64,000 bases of DNA from Syntrophorhabdaceae bacterium (GTDB lineage Bacteria; Desulfobacterota; Syntrophorhabdia; Syntrophorhabdales; Syntrophorhabdaceae): contig OY762209.1 of NCBI GenBank assembly GCA_963665295.1, positions 4,064,001-4,128,000 on the forward strand, in the 5' to 3' direction. Below, piece after piece: positions 19,652 to 28,310 of this stretch (position 1 is the first letter of the stretch; every line of letters starts with the position of its first letter). A model generated the notes under the pieces. That model was not told the origin of the DNA, did not search any database, and was given only the letters and a program-made list of their open reading frames with translations. The position numbers and the translations under genes were made by a program.

Positions 19652-20294
19652 GGATGATGAAAGAACATCCGTCTGGACACTGCCTAACAGGTTAAGTGTA
19701 GTCCGGATTCTGTTTATTCCCATCATCATTATATTTATATCTACGGAGGACGAGAGGTTCTTCTTTGCGGCTTGCCTTCTGTTTATCGTCGCAGGCATAA
19801 CAGACGGCCTTGACGGCTTCGTAGCCCGCAAGATGCGTCTTACCAGTACACTCGGCCTTTATCTCGACCCCATTGCGGATAAGCTGCTTGTTTCCTCTGT
19901 CCTGATCACCCTCACCTATTACAAGCTCGTTCCTCTCTGGGTAACGCTGCTCCTCGTGGGAAGGGAATTTCTTATCAATGGACTCAGATCGTTCTCCGCT
20001 ATGGAGGGCATTGCAATCTATCCCTCTCTTTCCGGGAAGCTTAAGACAACCTTTCAAATTGTCGGGATATCATGTATTCTCTTCAATGTACCGGAAAAGG
20101 GGAACTTCAGTATGTGCGACTACGTCCAGTACCTCGGCATATCCTGTCTCGACTTCAACAGTTCTTTACGCCAGATAGGTCTTATTGTCATCTATATAGC
20201 GCTCTTCTTCAGCATATTCTCCGCAGTGGATTACTTGAAGGCAATCTTCCGGCCCCCTCGTAACAACGCCCCTAAAGAGAGCCAGACGGAATAA
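19641..20294 (+). CDS. pgsA: CDP-diacylglycerol--glycerol-3-phosphate 3-phosphatidyltransferase
   Basis: LPNRLS..R; TDGLDGFVAR..T..LG..LDPIADK CDP-alcohol motif; RE; GKLKT. Confidence 0.93.
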   Translation: MKDKDDERTSVWTLPNRLSVVRILFIPIIIIFISTEDERFFFAACLLFIVAGITDGLDGFVARKMRLTSTLGLYLDPIADKLLVSSVLITLTYYKLVPLWVTLLLVGREFLINGLRSFSAMEGIAIYPSLSGKLKTTFQIVGISCILFNVPEKGNFSMCDYVQYLGISCLDFNSSLRQIGLIVIYIALFFSIFSAVDYLKAIFRPPRNNAPKESQTE

Positions 20295-21303
20295 ATTCGC
20301 CTCCGCACACGCCACATTTCGCGCAATTGCTCTCTATCCCGTTATCCTCATAGGTTCCGAATCCCGCAATAGGACTTTCCACACTCACAGCCTTGCCGTT
20401 CTTCTCCCCTATGTACTGATGGTCCACAGGGACCTTGCCGAGTCCGCCGGATATGTCTAGGGCGTAGTGGGGTACGGCCAGCCCGGATACATTCCTCCGG
20501 AGGGCCTTCATTATTTCGATGCCCCTCTCCAGCCTCACCTTGAAATGCCCGGCTCCCTTCACCTCGTCGAGTTGGAAGAGATAATATGGTTTCACGCCCA
20601 GAGCCACGAGATCCTCGAACAACCTGCCAAGTACGTGGGGACAGTCGTTTACGTTTCTAAGAAGAACGGTCTGGCTTACCACCGTGGCGCCCGCCCTGCG
20701 TAGTGCCTTCACCGTCTCAACAAACCACGGCGATATTTCACCCGGATGGTTTATATGGATGATGATCCACAACGGTGCGGCTTCTTCCACGGCCTCGTAG
20801 TATGCCTTCGTCAATTTCTCGGGATATACTACGGGTATCCGCGTGCTTATGCGCAAAACGGTCTTGCCCATTCGTCTCAGCCTCATAAAAATATAGGCCA
20901 GTTCGTCAGCGGGCAACATAAAAGGGTCCCCTCCCGAGAGTATGACCTCCTTTATCTCTTTGTCTCCTTCAAGATATCGAAGCGTCTCCTCCCGAAAAAG
21001 CGCGGGTTCCCACCCCTTCCCCACCATTCGTCTCCTGTTGCAAAACCGGCAATACATGGCGCACTCGGCGCTTACCAGGAAGACGCCCCTGCCGGGGTAT
21101 CTCTTGATGAAAGCGGGGGTGAGGAGGCTCTCCCCTTCGTTAAGGGGGTCCACATCCCCCGATCCGTCCAACTCATCGAGGGCGGGAACGGCTTGCCTGC
21201 CCATAGGGCACGAAAGGGGATCTTCTTTTCTAATGAGAGATAGATAGTGTTCTGATATACGGAATGGAAACACTTCCGAAACCCGCTGGATTTCGGACTT
21301 CAT
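20272..21303 (-). CDS. KamA-family radical SAM/PLP aminomutase
   Basis: Motifs CAMYCRFCNRR, SGGDP, HINHP, QTVLLRNVND, PYYLFQ, GGLGKVP. Start set at ATG 21303; the ORF-track extension runs through the pal terminator. Confidence 0.9.
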   Translation of the reverse strand: MKSEIQRVSEVFPFRISEHYLSLIRKEDPLSCPMGRQAVPALDELDGSGDVDPLNEGESLLTPAFIKRYPGRGVFLVSAECAMYCRFCNRRRMVGKGWEPALFREETLRYLEGDKEIKEVILSGGDPFMLPADELAYIFMRLRRMGKTVLRISTRIPVVYPEKLTKAYYEAVEEAAPLWIIIHINHPGEISPWFVETVKALRRAGATVVSQTVLLRNVNDCPHVLGRLFEDLVALGVKPYYLFQLDEVKGAGHFKVRLERGIEIMKALRRNVSGLAVPHYALDISGGLGKVPVDHQYIGEKNGKAVSVESPIAGFGTYEDNGIESNCAKCGVCGGEFIPSGSL

Positions 21304-21351
21304 TGCATCGTCTAATGGTATTACCTTCGATAACTCGGGGACATTATCGAT

Positions 21352-21382
21352 AAAAGGGAGGGTAACAGAATAATTACCCTCC
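21352..21382 (-). terminator. Intrinsic terminator after pal
   Basis: 9-bp stem GGAGGGTAA/TTACCCTCC followed by CTTTT on the minus strand. Confidence 0.75.
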
Positions 21383-21397
21383 TCATTTCTCGACAAT

Positions 21398-21925
21398 TTA
21401 CTTAACTGGTACGATGTGGGCTCTTCTGTTCTTTGCCCATGCTGCTTCGTTGTGCCCTGGATCGACGGGTCTTTCTTTTCCATAGCTGACAGTCTCCATG
21501 AGCTTGCCATCAACACCGAGATCCGTAAGGTACTTTTTCGTAGAATCTGCTCTTTTCTGTCCGAGTACCAAGTTGTACTCCACTGTGCCACGCTCATCGC
21601 AATTGCCTTCGATTCTAACCTTTTTTCCCGGGTTGGCTTTAAACCACTGCATATCATCTTTCAGAATTGTGCCATCTGCCGGTCTGATGTTGTATTTGTC
21701 AAAATCGAAATTTACATCTTTAAGCTGGACGACCGGGGCTGGAGGCGGTGGCGGTGCCGGTGTAACGGGCACTTCTACCTTTGTCTCAGGTGGAACCACT
21801 TTTGCCTGCGGGGCCGGGGGCGGTGCCTGCTCGCCCTTCTGGGCTTGCATAAAACATCCACAACCACTTAAAAACAAACCAAGAGCAATAGCTAATATTA
21901 TAAGGCCAAACGATTTAGTTTTCAT
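21398..21925 (-). CDS. pal: Peptidoglycan-associated lipoprotein (OmpA-like domain)
   Basis: Lipobox LSGC, Pro-rich linker, [41 protein letters not shown]. Confidence 0.9.
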   Translation of the reverse strand: MKTKSFGLIILAIALGLFLSGCGCFMQAQKGEQAPPPAPQAKVVPPETKVEVPVTPAPPPPPAPVVQLKDVNFDFDKYNIRPADGTILKDDMQWFKANPGKKVRIEGNCDERGTVEYNLVLGQKRADSTKKYLTDLGVDGKLMETVSYGKERPVDPGHNEAAWAKNRRAHIVPVK

Positions 21926-21947
21926 GGTCCTCCCCTTCCTTCATCAT

Positions 21948-21985
21948 TCAGGGTATATCCCGGTAAGGATATACCCTGATATTTT
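21948..21985 (-). terminator. Strong hairpin between small lipoprotein gene and pal
   Basis: 13-bp perfect stem TCAGGGTATATCC-cggtaa-GGATATACCCTGA; weak U-tract on the minus strand. Confidence 0.6.
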
Positions 21986-21990
21986 GATAA

Positions 21991-22242
21991 CTACTTTTTC
22001 GCTGGTGCGGGTGCGGGTGCTGGTGCTGCTTTCTCTGGTGCTGGTGCTGCCTTCTCCGGGGCAGGAGCTGCCTTCTCCGGGGCAGGAGCGGGTGCTGCGT
22101 CTTTTGCGGGCTCCGGCGCAGGTGCCGGTTTCGCTTCTTCTTTCGGAGCGGGTTTGGGCGGCTCTGCCGACGGACCACAACCGATCAAAGAAAAACTTGC
22201 AAAAAAGGAAATTGCTATAAATAACACCACTAATTTCTTCAT
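21991..22242 (-). CDS. Small Pro/Ala/Lys-rich lipoprotein (83 aa)
   Basis: AGGAGGT SD, MKK signal peptide with LIGC lipobox, mature part made of APAPEKA repeats. Confidence 0.85.
   Translation of the reverse strand: MKKLVVLFIAISFFASFSLIGCGPSAEPPKPAPKEEAKPAPAPEPAKDAAPAPAPEKAAPAPEKAAPAPEKAAPAPAPAPAKK
22003..22100 (-). repeat. 21-nt period coding tandem repeat (APAPEKA)n
   Basis: Three PEKAAPA units, two nearly identical at DNA level (ctgccttctccggggcaggag). Confidence 0.8.
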
Positions 22243-22300
22243 CTACTTTCACCTCCTTTCTTTATTAGATAAACATAATATATCATTTCGAATAAGTAAA

Positions 22301-23224
22301 TTAAAATTTTTTAACAATTATATCTTTCTTTATCACGTCCACGTCCTCCGTCATGCACAGATTGGTGCCTGGATTGAGTGTGGACGCGGTCCCGCACGCA
22401 ACGCCGAGGTGGAGGGCATCCTTGAAACTTCCTCCATTGCCGAGGGTAAAAACCAACCCTGCCACAAGAGAATCCCCGGCACCCGCGGAGCTTCGGACTT
22501 TCACCTTGGGAGGAATCATATGATAAATTTCATCCCCGGACATGCCCACGACTCCCCGGGGTCCCATGGACACGACAGTGTATTCTACCCGCTCCCGGTA
22601 TGGCTTTGCGTACTCGATCACTTCGTCGACTTCAGTCATGGTTTTCCCGACGAGCCTTCCGAATTCATGAATGTTGGGTTTTATGAGATAAGGCCCTGCG
22701 TCCACACCCTTCTTCAGGACATCTCCATCTGCATCCATGACTACCTTCATATCCTTTTCCTTCAAGGTTGTTATCAGCTGCGCGCAAAAACTCTCGTCCA
22801 TGCCGACCGGAACGCTGCCGCCGATAACCACGAAACTGCCTCTTGGTATTTCCTTTATCTTCCTGAATAACGCCATAACCTCAAGTGAGCCTACTTCGGG
22901 CGAAGCAGTGCTGAGGAGGGTCTGAAGTTTCTTCCTTTTCTGATAAATAATCAGGTTCGTCCTGGTAGAACCGCAGATGGGCGTAAAATCACACACTACC
23001 CCTTCATTAACAAGCTCTCCCTCCAGTTCCATTCCTGTATATCCACCGATGAATCCGAGGGCAACGCTCTGTCCGCCAAGGCCTTTCACTACCCGTGACA
23101 CGTCTATCCCCTTGCCCCCTGCCCGGATCTTCTCTTCCGTGATCCTGTTTACATCATCGTAGAGCAATTCCTCCACATCCAGGATTTGTTCAATATATGG
23201 ATTAAGCGTAACGGTGTATATCAT
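22301..23224 (-). CDS. 1-phosphofructokinase-family (PfkB) hexose kinase
   Basis: Motifs IYTVTLNP, GGKGIDVS, IKPNIHE, GAGDSLVAG. Confidence 0.92.
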   Translation of the reverse strand: MIYTVTLNPYIEQILDVEELLYDDVNRITEEKIRAGGKGIDVSRVVKGLGGQSVALGFIGGYTGMELEGELVNEGVVCDFTPICGSTRTNLIIYQKRKKLQTLLSTASPEVGSLEVMALFRKIKEIPRGSFVVIGGSVPVGMDESFCAQLITTLKEKDMKVVMDADGDVLKKGVDAGPYLIKPNIHEFGRLVGKTMTEVDEVIEYAKPYRERVEYTVVSMGPRGVVGMSGDEIYHMIPPKVKVRSSAGAGDSLVAGLVFTLGNGGSFKDALHLGVACGTASTLNPGTNLCMTEDVDVIKKDIIVKKF

Positions 23225-23569
23225 AGCAATCTGCGTTTATTCTATTAAATATAAAGAGAAATGGCTACATAAAAATCGTTTCCTGCGCACTTTTTTGAAC
23301 GAAAATGCTGATTCGAAAGCGTTTTCCCTCTTTCTTCGCTCCTGTTTCCGGGAAAACAACGACTAAACGCGCTGCCGACCGCGATCTGACGCCACCTTCG
23401 ATCCGATAATGCCGGGATGGCGGACAGCCTCTACAATTCTCTATTCCCATCTCTGTCAGCGCAGGTTATAAACCTCGTGTAGGATCTGATAAGTGCAGAG
23501 GGCATCGCACCGGTCACAGCCAGGGGTCTTAAGGTCAAGGCATTCGCTTGTTCGGCACGCAGACGTGTT

Positions 23570-24832
23570 CTACCTCACGACCAGCTTCTTGGCCTCACCG
23601 GGAAGCCCCACAGGATCAAGAGGGAGCTCCCACTGTTCCTTGGTCTCCATATTCCTCAGGGTGACTATGCCCCTTTCAATCTCGTCATCACCAAGGATAA
23701 ATACAAAATCAGCCTTGAGGTTGTCAGCGTACCTCATCTGAGACTTCAAGGATTTTCCTTCATAAGCATATTTCAAATGCATCCCGCTCGTCACAAAGGA
23801 ATGGAGCACCGGCACCAGATACTTCCTCGCCCTGTCACCAACGTACGCAAAGAAGTACAGGGGCTCCTTCGCTGAACTCCTGTTCCCCATGAGCATGGTG
23901 AGTCGCTCCACTCCAATGGCGAAGCCGGACCCGGGTACCTTCGGTCCTCCCATCTCTTCAACAAGGTTATCATATCTCCCGCCGGCGATGAACGCCTGCT
24001 GGGCGCCCAAGGCGCCGGAGGTAAACTCAAAAACCGTCTTTGTATAATAATCGAGCCCTCGCACCAACCGTTTGTTGACAACCGCTTCAACTCCGAAATC
24101 GCCGAGGTGCCCAAGAAAAATGTCAAAATGCTCTTTGCAGGACCCGCAGAGGGAATCAAAAAGAAAGGGCGATTGCCGGCTTACTTCAATGCAGTGCGCC
24201 TGTTTACAGTCGAAAATACGAAGCGGGTTCCGGTAAAGGCGCCTCAGGCAATCCTCGCACAATTGATCCTTTCGTTCCTCAAAATAGGATACAACCTTCC
24301 CCCTGAAATCCTCTCGGCACTGGGGACAGCCCACGCTGTTCACCTCGAGGGTGTACCCGCTTACCCCCAGGTCTCTCAGCATAAGGGAGGCCATCCAGAG
24401 AATCTCCGCGTCGATCAATGAGTCTCCGCTCCCGTAGACTTCCACATCGATCTGATGAAACTCCCTGAATCTGCCCTTCTGAGGTTTCTCGTGGCGGAAC
24501 ATGGGGCCCACGGTAAAGAGTTTGCTCACCCGTTCCTTCGCATACAAGCCTGCCTGCAGATAATACCGGACCACTCCCGCCGTGGCTTCAGGTCTGAGGG
24601 TCACCGAGTCGCCTCCCAGGTCCGTGAAAGTGAACATCTCCTTTTCCACGATGTCGGTCGTATCGCCGATACTTCTCACAAAGAGTTCGGTCTTTTCGAG
24701 GACGGGCACCTCGATTTCGGAAAAACCGAGGAGGCCCAAATACTTTCTTGAAACCTCTTCAATGACACGGAATCCTTCGATCTCCTCTCCGGATATATCC
24801 CTGAATCCCCTTAAAGTCTGAATCTTCGCCAT
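23570..24832 (-). CDS. hisS: Histidine--tRNA ligase
   Basis: Motifs TDIVEKEMF, LRPEATA, FRHEKPQKGRFREFHQ, LVRGLDYY, GGRYD, GVERL. Confidence 0.98.
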   Translation of the reverse strand: MAKIQTLRGFRDISGEEIEGFRVIEEVSRKYLGLLGFSEIEVPVLEKTELFVRSIGDTTDIVEKEMFTFTDLGGDSVTLRPEATAGVVRYYLQAGLYAKERVSKLFTVGPMFRHEKPQKGRFREFHQIDVEVYGSGDSLIDAEILWMASLMLRDLGVSGYTLEVNSVGCPQCREDFRGKVVSYFEERKDQLCEDCLRRLYRNPLRIFDCKQAHCIEVSRQSPFLFDSLCGSCKEHFDIFLGHLGDFGVEAVVNKRLVRGLDYYTKTVFEFTSGALGAQQAFIAGGRYDNLVEEMGGPKVPGSGFAIGVERLTMLMGNRSSAKEPLYFFAYVGDRARKYLVPVLHSFVTSGMHLKYAYEGKSLKSQMRYADNLKADFVFILGDDEIERGIVTLRNMETKEQWELPLDPVGLPGEAKKLVVR

Positions 24833-25028
24833 CTTCTTCCTCTGCGCAAAATAGTCTTAAAATCAACTCATTAGTAACATAAAAGGAATTCAATTTAAAG
24901 CAAAAAAGGCCCTTCGCAAGATATCCCGGACACGCTCCGCCCGGCCGCCCGTTTTTTGTCGCCAGGGTATGGCAATCTTCGACCCGCTGGCGTATACTTT
25001 TACCACAACCATATACCGGAGCAGAGAG

Positions 25029-25355
25029 ATGAGAAATAAACGATATACAGTGCGTCACAAAGCAGCGCCCCAGAGGAACGGCAAGTCCGTAGAGGAGATC
25101 GTGAAAGAGCTGAAGGCCATGGGCAGTTCAAAAAACGATTACCGGGAACAGTCCCTGAAGATCTACGGCCTTATTTGCGCCAAGTGCGCACGGGAATTCG
25201 ACTACAAGGACAGGCACCTCCTTACCGTACATCACAAGGATGGAAACCACAACAATAACCCACCGGACGGCTCCAACTGGGAAAACCTCTGCGTCTACTG
25301 TCATGACGAAGAGCACACCAAAGGGATGCTCGGCGATTACCTCAGTAAAGAATGA
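25029..25355 (+). CDS. yajD: YajD-family HNH nuclease
   Basis: YREQSLK, CAKCAREF, LTVHHKDGNHNNNPPDGSNWENLCVYCHDEEH. Confidence 0.9.
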   Translation: MRNKRYTVRHKAAPQRNGKSVEEIVKELKAMGSSKNDYREQSLKIYGLICAKCAREFDYKDRHLLTVHHKDGNHNNNPPDGSNWENLCVYCHDEEHTKGMLGDYLSKE

Positions 25356-25747
25356 TGGCCGGAGACCTCCGCCCGCCGGGCACAGATAATGTCGAAGGCT
25401 GTCTCTCCGGGACGACGCAGCCCCCTGAACTCGCATATGCAAAAGCAGCCCCGGGCCTCGAGTTGGGAAATCACGCGTTCCTCCGTCCCCTGCCCCCATG
25501 TTGCGCACAGATCGCGTCACCTTACTGGGCCCGGATTATCGGAGCGGTCTCCAATGAACGGAGCGACGAGGCGCTGATACAGGTCATTGCCACGCTTTTC
25601 GATGATGACGGCACCGTTCTCGGAACTCACACGGATTTCATGGTCCTCGACGGCGGGGACAAGAGTGAGTTTGACATAAAAATCACGAAGTTTTACGACC
25701 ACGTCCGGATGTACGGCCTGGAAGCGACCGATTCCGGGGACCTCTGA
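25352..25747 (+). CDS. Hypothetical protein, C-terminal FxLYD-like Ig-fold domain
   Basis: IIGAVSN...VIATLFDDDGTVLG...L.GGDKSEF pattern; ATGA overlap with yajD. Confidence 0.6.
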   Translation: MMAGDLRPPGTDNVEGCLSGTTQPPELAYAKAAPGLELGNHAFLRPLPPCCAQIASPYWARIIGAVSNERSDEALIQVIATLFDDDGTVLGTHTDFMVLDGGDKSEFDIKITKFYDHVRMYGLEATDSGDL

Positions 25748-25757
25748 GGGAAACGCC

Positions 25758-27161
25758 ATGACAACGACCGGGTTATCCGTGGAAATAGTAGACATTGCGC
25801 TGCCTGACAGCTATGGGGTCGGGAAACAGGACAATTACGTCTTTTTCGTGCCGGGAGCGCTTACCGGGGACAGGGTACGGATCAAGGTCGTAAAGGAAGG
25901 CAAGCGGTTCTCCTACGGGGAGATCATGGAAATCGAGCGGCCTTCTCCCCTGAGGTGCGAGGCGGGATGCAGCCGTTTCGGCCCCTGCGGAGGATGCACG
26001 CTACAGCACCTCGCCTACGAAAGACAGTTGGAGTTGAAGGGAAACCATCTTCTGCAGACCCTGGCGAGGATCGGCGGAGTAGACCTGTCGTCCGTGGAGA
26101 TCACGCCTGTAGTGCCGTCTCCCGAGCAATATTCCAGCAGGAACAAGGTAGAAATGTCCTTCGGCAAAGAAGGGGGCAAGGTTACTGTCGGTCTTCGGGA
26201 GAGGGTTGCCCCCGGGGCTGATTATGAAGGAAAGGTGATATCCCTCTCCGGGTGTCCCACGTTCAGCGGGAGCGCGGAGAAGATAATTCCCTATTTTTCC
26301 GCCTTCTCGAACACACACCGTCTTCTTCCCTACAATCCGGTTCGAAAGAACGGCTTCTTAAGGCACCTTGTGTTGAGGGAGTCGAAAACGACGGGCGAAA
26401 TCATGATGATCCTTGAAACCACGCCGGGGGCCATGCCCGATTTGACGGATTTATGGCAAGACCTGTCCGCGCGCGTTCCCCAGGTTAAAAGCTTTTACCA
26501 TGTCACCAACAGCCGGGCTGCAGATACGGGCCTCTACGAGGGTGAAATTCATCTTTTCGGTGACCGCTTTATCCAGGAATCAATGGGCGGCCTTACATTC
26601 CGGATATATCCCCAGTCCTTTTTTCAACCGAATACAAAGGTGGCGGAGCTAATGTACCAGGCGATGGCCGGCTTCCTGGAGCCCGGCCCGAAAGACCGGG
26701 TACTCGGTCTGTACTGCGGAATGGGCCCTATCGAACTCTTCCTTTCATCGAAAGTCAGGGAAGTGACGGGTGTTGATTCCAATCCCGCAAATATTGCAAA
26801 CGCCAAAGAAAACTGTAGGATCAACGGCATAGAGAACTGCGCTTTCATCGAAGGAAGGGTTGAGAAAGTCCGGGACCGCTTCCCCGCAAAACCGGACATT
26901 CTTGTCATCGACCCGCCCAGGGGAGGCATAAGCGCCGACGGGCTCAACATTATCGTCAGAATCGAACCGGCGAGGATTGTCTACGTTTCATGCAACCCGT
27001 CCACCCTTGCCCGCGACCTCAAGTTCCTTAGGGAACACGGCTATGAACCCGGGAAAATCATGCCCTTCGATGCCTTCCCTCATACGGGCCACCTTGAAAC
27101 CCTTGCGCTCATTGAAAAGAGGTCCCATCCGCTTCAAAAGTCCTCCCGCGCCGTGGTATAA
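25758..27161 (+). CDS. rlmD: 23S rRNA (uracil1939-C5)-methyltransferase
   Basis: TRAM domain, C...CGGC Fe-S ligands, SFFQPN, LYCGMG, DPPRGG, YVSCNPSTLARD, FPHTGHLE. Confidence 0.93.
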   Translation: MTTTGLSVEIVDIALPDSYGVGKQDNYVFFVPGALTGDRVRIKVVKEGKRFSYGEIMEIERPSPLRCEAGCSRFGPCGGCTLQHLAYERQLELKGNHLLQTLARIGGVDLSSVEITPVVPSPEQYSSRNKVEMSFGKEGGKVTVGLRERVAPGADYEGKVISLSGCPTFSGSAEKIIPYFSAFSNTHRLLPYNPVRKNGFLRHLVLRESKTTGEIMMILETTPGAMPDLTDLWQDLSARVPQVKSFYHVTNSRAADTGLYEGEIHLFGDRFIQESMGGLTFRIYPQSFFQPNTKVAELMYQAMAGFLEPGPKDRVLGLYCGMGPIELFLSSKVREVTGVDSNPANIANAKENCRINGIENCAFIEGRVEKVRDRFPAKPDILVIDPPRGGISADGLNIIVRIEPARIVYVSCNPSTLARDLKFLREHGYEPGKIMPFDAFPHTGHLETLALIEKRSHPLQKSSRAVV

Positions 27162-27162
27162 T
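27133..27162 (+). promoter_or_regulatory. Extended -10 promoter, likely leaderless
   Basis: TTCAAA(27133-38)-18-TATAAT(27157-62) preceded by TGG; 6 nt to ATG 27169. Confidence 0.65.
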
Positions 27163-27168
27163 GATCCT

Positions 27169-27798
27169 ATGATAAAAATCATCTCTTTCGACCTTGACGG
27201 AACCCTGGTAAACGGCCTTTATGGCGAAATGGTATGGAATCACGGAGTTCCCGAGGTATTCGCGCAAAAATACGGGATATCCTTTGATGAAGCGAAGAAA
27301 CTCACAAGAGGGGAGTACGAATCCGTCGGCGACGGAAGACTCGAGTGGTACAACATCGATTACTGGCTCGACCGCTTTGACCTGTCCGTCTCCCCACGTG
27401 AATTGCTCGATCGTTATGAATCCTATATCGAGCTCCTTCCTTTCGCCCGGGAAGTACTCAATTACCTGCAGGAAAAATACATGCTCGTCATTGCGTCCAA
27501 TGCGGCGCGAATATTCGTTGAAAAGGAAATCTCCCATACGGGCATAGGCGGTCACTTCACCCATATCGTATCGGCAACCAGCGATTATAAGATAGTGAAG
27601 AAAGGGGATTCCTTTTACAGGACCCTTCTTGAACAGCTCGGCGTGGCTCCCCACGAGATTGCCCACGTGGGCGACCACAAGATATTCGACTTTGAGGCCC
27701 CGTCCCGGTTCGGCATAGAATCGTATCACCTGTGTGCTGACGGGAACGGACATGAAAGAGTCATATCAAGCCTGAAAGCGCTTCTTGACAGATTATGA
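27169..27798 (+). CDS. HAD-family hydrolase
   Basis: Motifs FDLDGTL, IASN, K, HVGD...D. Confidence 0.92.
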   Translation: MIKIISFDLDGTLVNGLYGEMVWNHGVPEVFAQKYGISFDEAKKLTRGEYESVGDGRLEWYNIDYWLDRFDLSVSPRELLDRYESYIELLPFAREVLNYLQEKYMLVIASNAARIFVEKEISHTGIGGHFTHIVSATSDYKIVKKGDSFYRTLLEQLGVAPHEIAHVGDHKIFDFEAPSRFGIESYHLCADGNGHERVISSLKALLDRL

Positions 27799-28076
27799 AA
27801 AGATGCCCCAAATGCCGTACGCCCCTCGATATCGATAAGATGTCTTTCAAGGAAGAATGCCCTTCCTGCGGAACCGACCTGCATGTCTGCATATACTGCC
27901 GGCTATATGATGAGGGCAAAGCCAACCGCTGTCGCGAGCCTCAGGCAGACTATGTAAAAGAAAAAGACCGGGCAAATTTCTGCGAATACTTTCAGTCTCA
28001 AGAAAGGGACACAACAAAAGCCCCGGGCAAGGAAGCAGCGGAAAAACTGTGGGATCAGCTATTCAGGAAGGGTTGA
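27795..28076 (+). CDS. Hypothetical Cys-rich (metal-binding) protein
   Basis: CPKC, CPSC, CIYC, then C..ANFCEYF; ATGA-coupled to the HAD gene. Confidence 0.8.
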   Translation: MKRCPKCRTPLDIDKMSFKEECPSCGTDLHVCIYCRLYDEGKANRCREPQADYVKEKDRANFCEYFQSQERDTTKAPGKEAAEKLWDQLFRKG

Positions 28077-28310
28077 CGGGCGGCTGCGCGTAAATATGAC
28101 ACGGTACTTATCCCGGTCCGCGTCAAAACAGACCGTGCACCCTTTCTGCTCACAACCTTCTTCTTCCCGCTCCTCTTTAGGTGGCAGGGGTTCGAGAAGG
28201 ACCTCCAAGCCAAGAGATTCGTAGAGCTCGACCATTTCGGACAGGCGAGGCTCGCTGCTTACAAATTTCCTCTCCCACCCCAATTTGTTGAGCTCTTCCT
28301 CTCGTGTCAC
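28059..28310 (-). CDS. Hypothetical small protein
   Basis: GTGA-coupled to uxs; [21 protein letters not shown] and C-x4-CxxC. Confidence 0.75.
   Translation of the reverse strand: MTREEELNKLGWERKFVSSEPRLSEMVELYESLGLEVLLEPLPPKEEREEEGCEQKGCTVCFDADRDKYRVIFTRSRPSTLPE

Noticed and set aside
21304..21657. N-terminal extension of the KamA ORF given by the track
   Set aside because: Overlaps pal in another frame and runs through the pal terminator; ATG 21303 gives a family-typical length.
22003..22145. Periodic repeats as a CRISPR array
   Set aside because: Contiguous in-frame coding repeats with no spacers and no cas genes.
23225..23569. 345-nt gap after hisS as 6S RNA or another ncRNA
   Set aside because: I could not identify the long irregular hairpin with a central bubble by eye; needs an Rfam scan.
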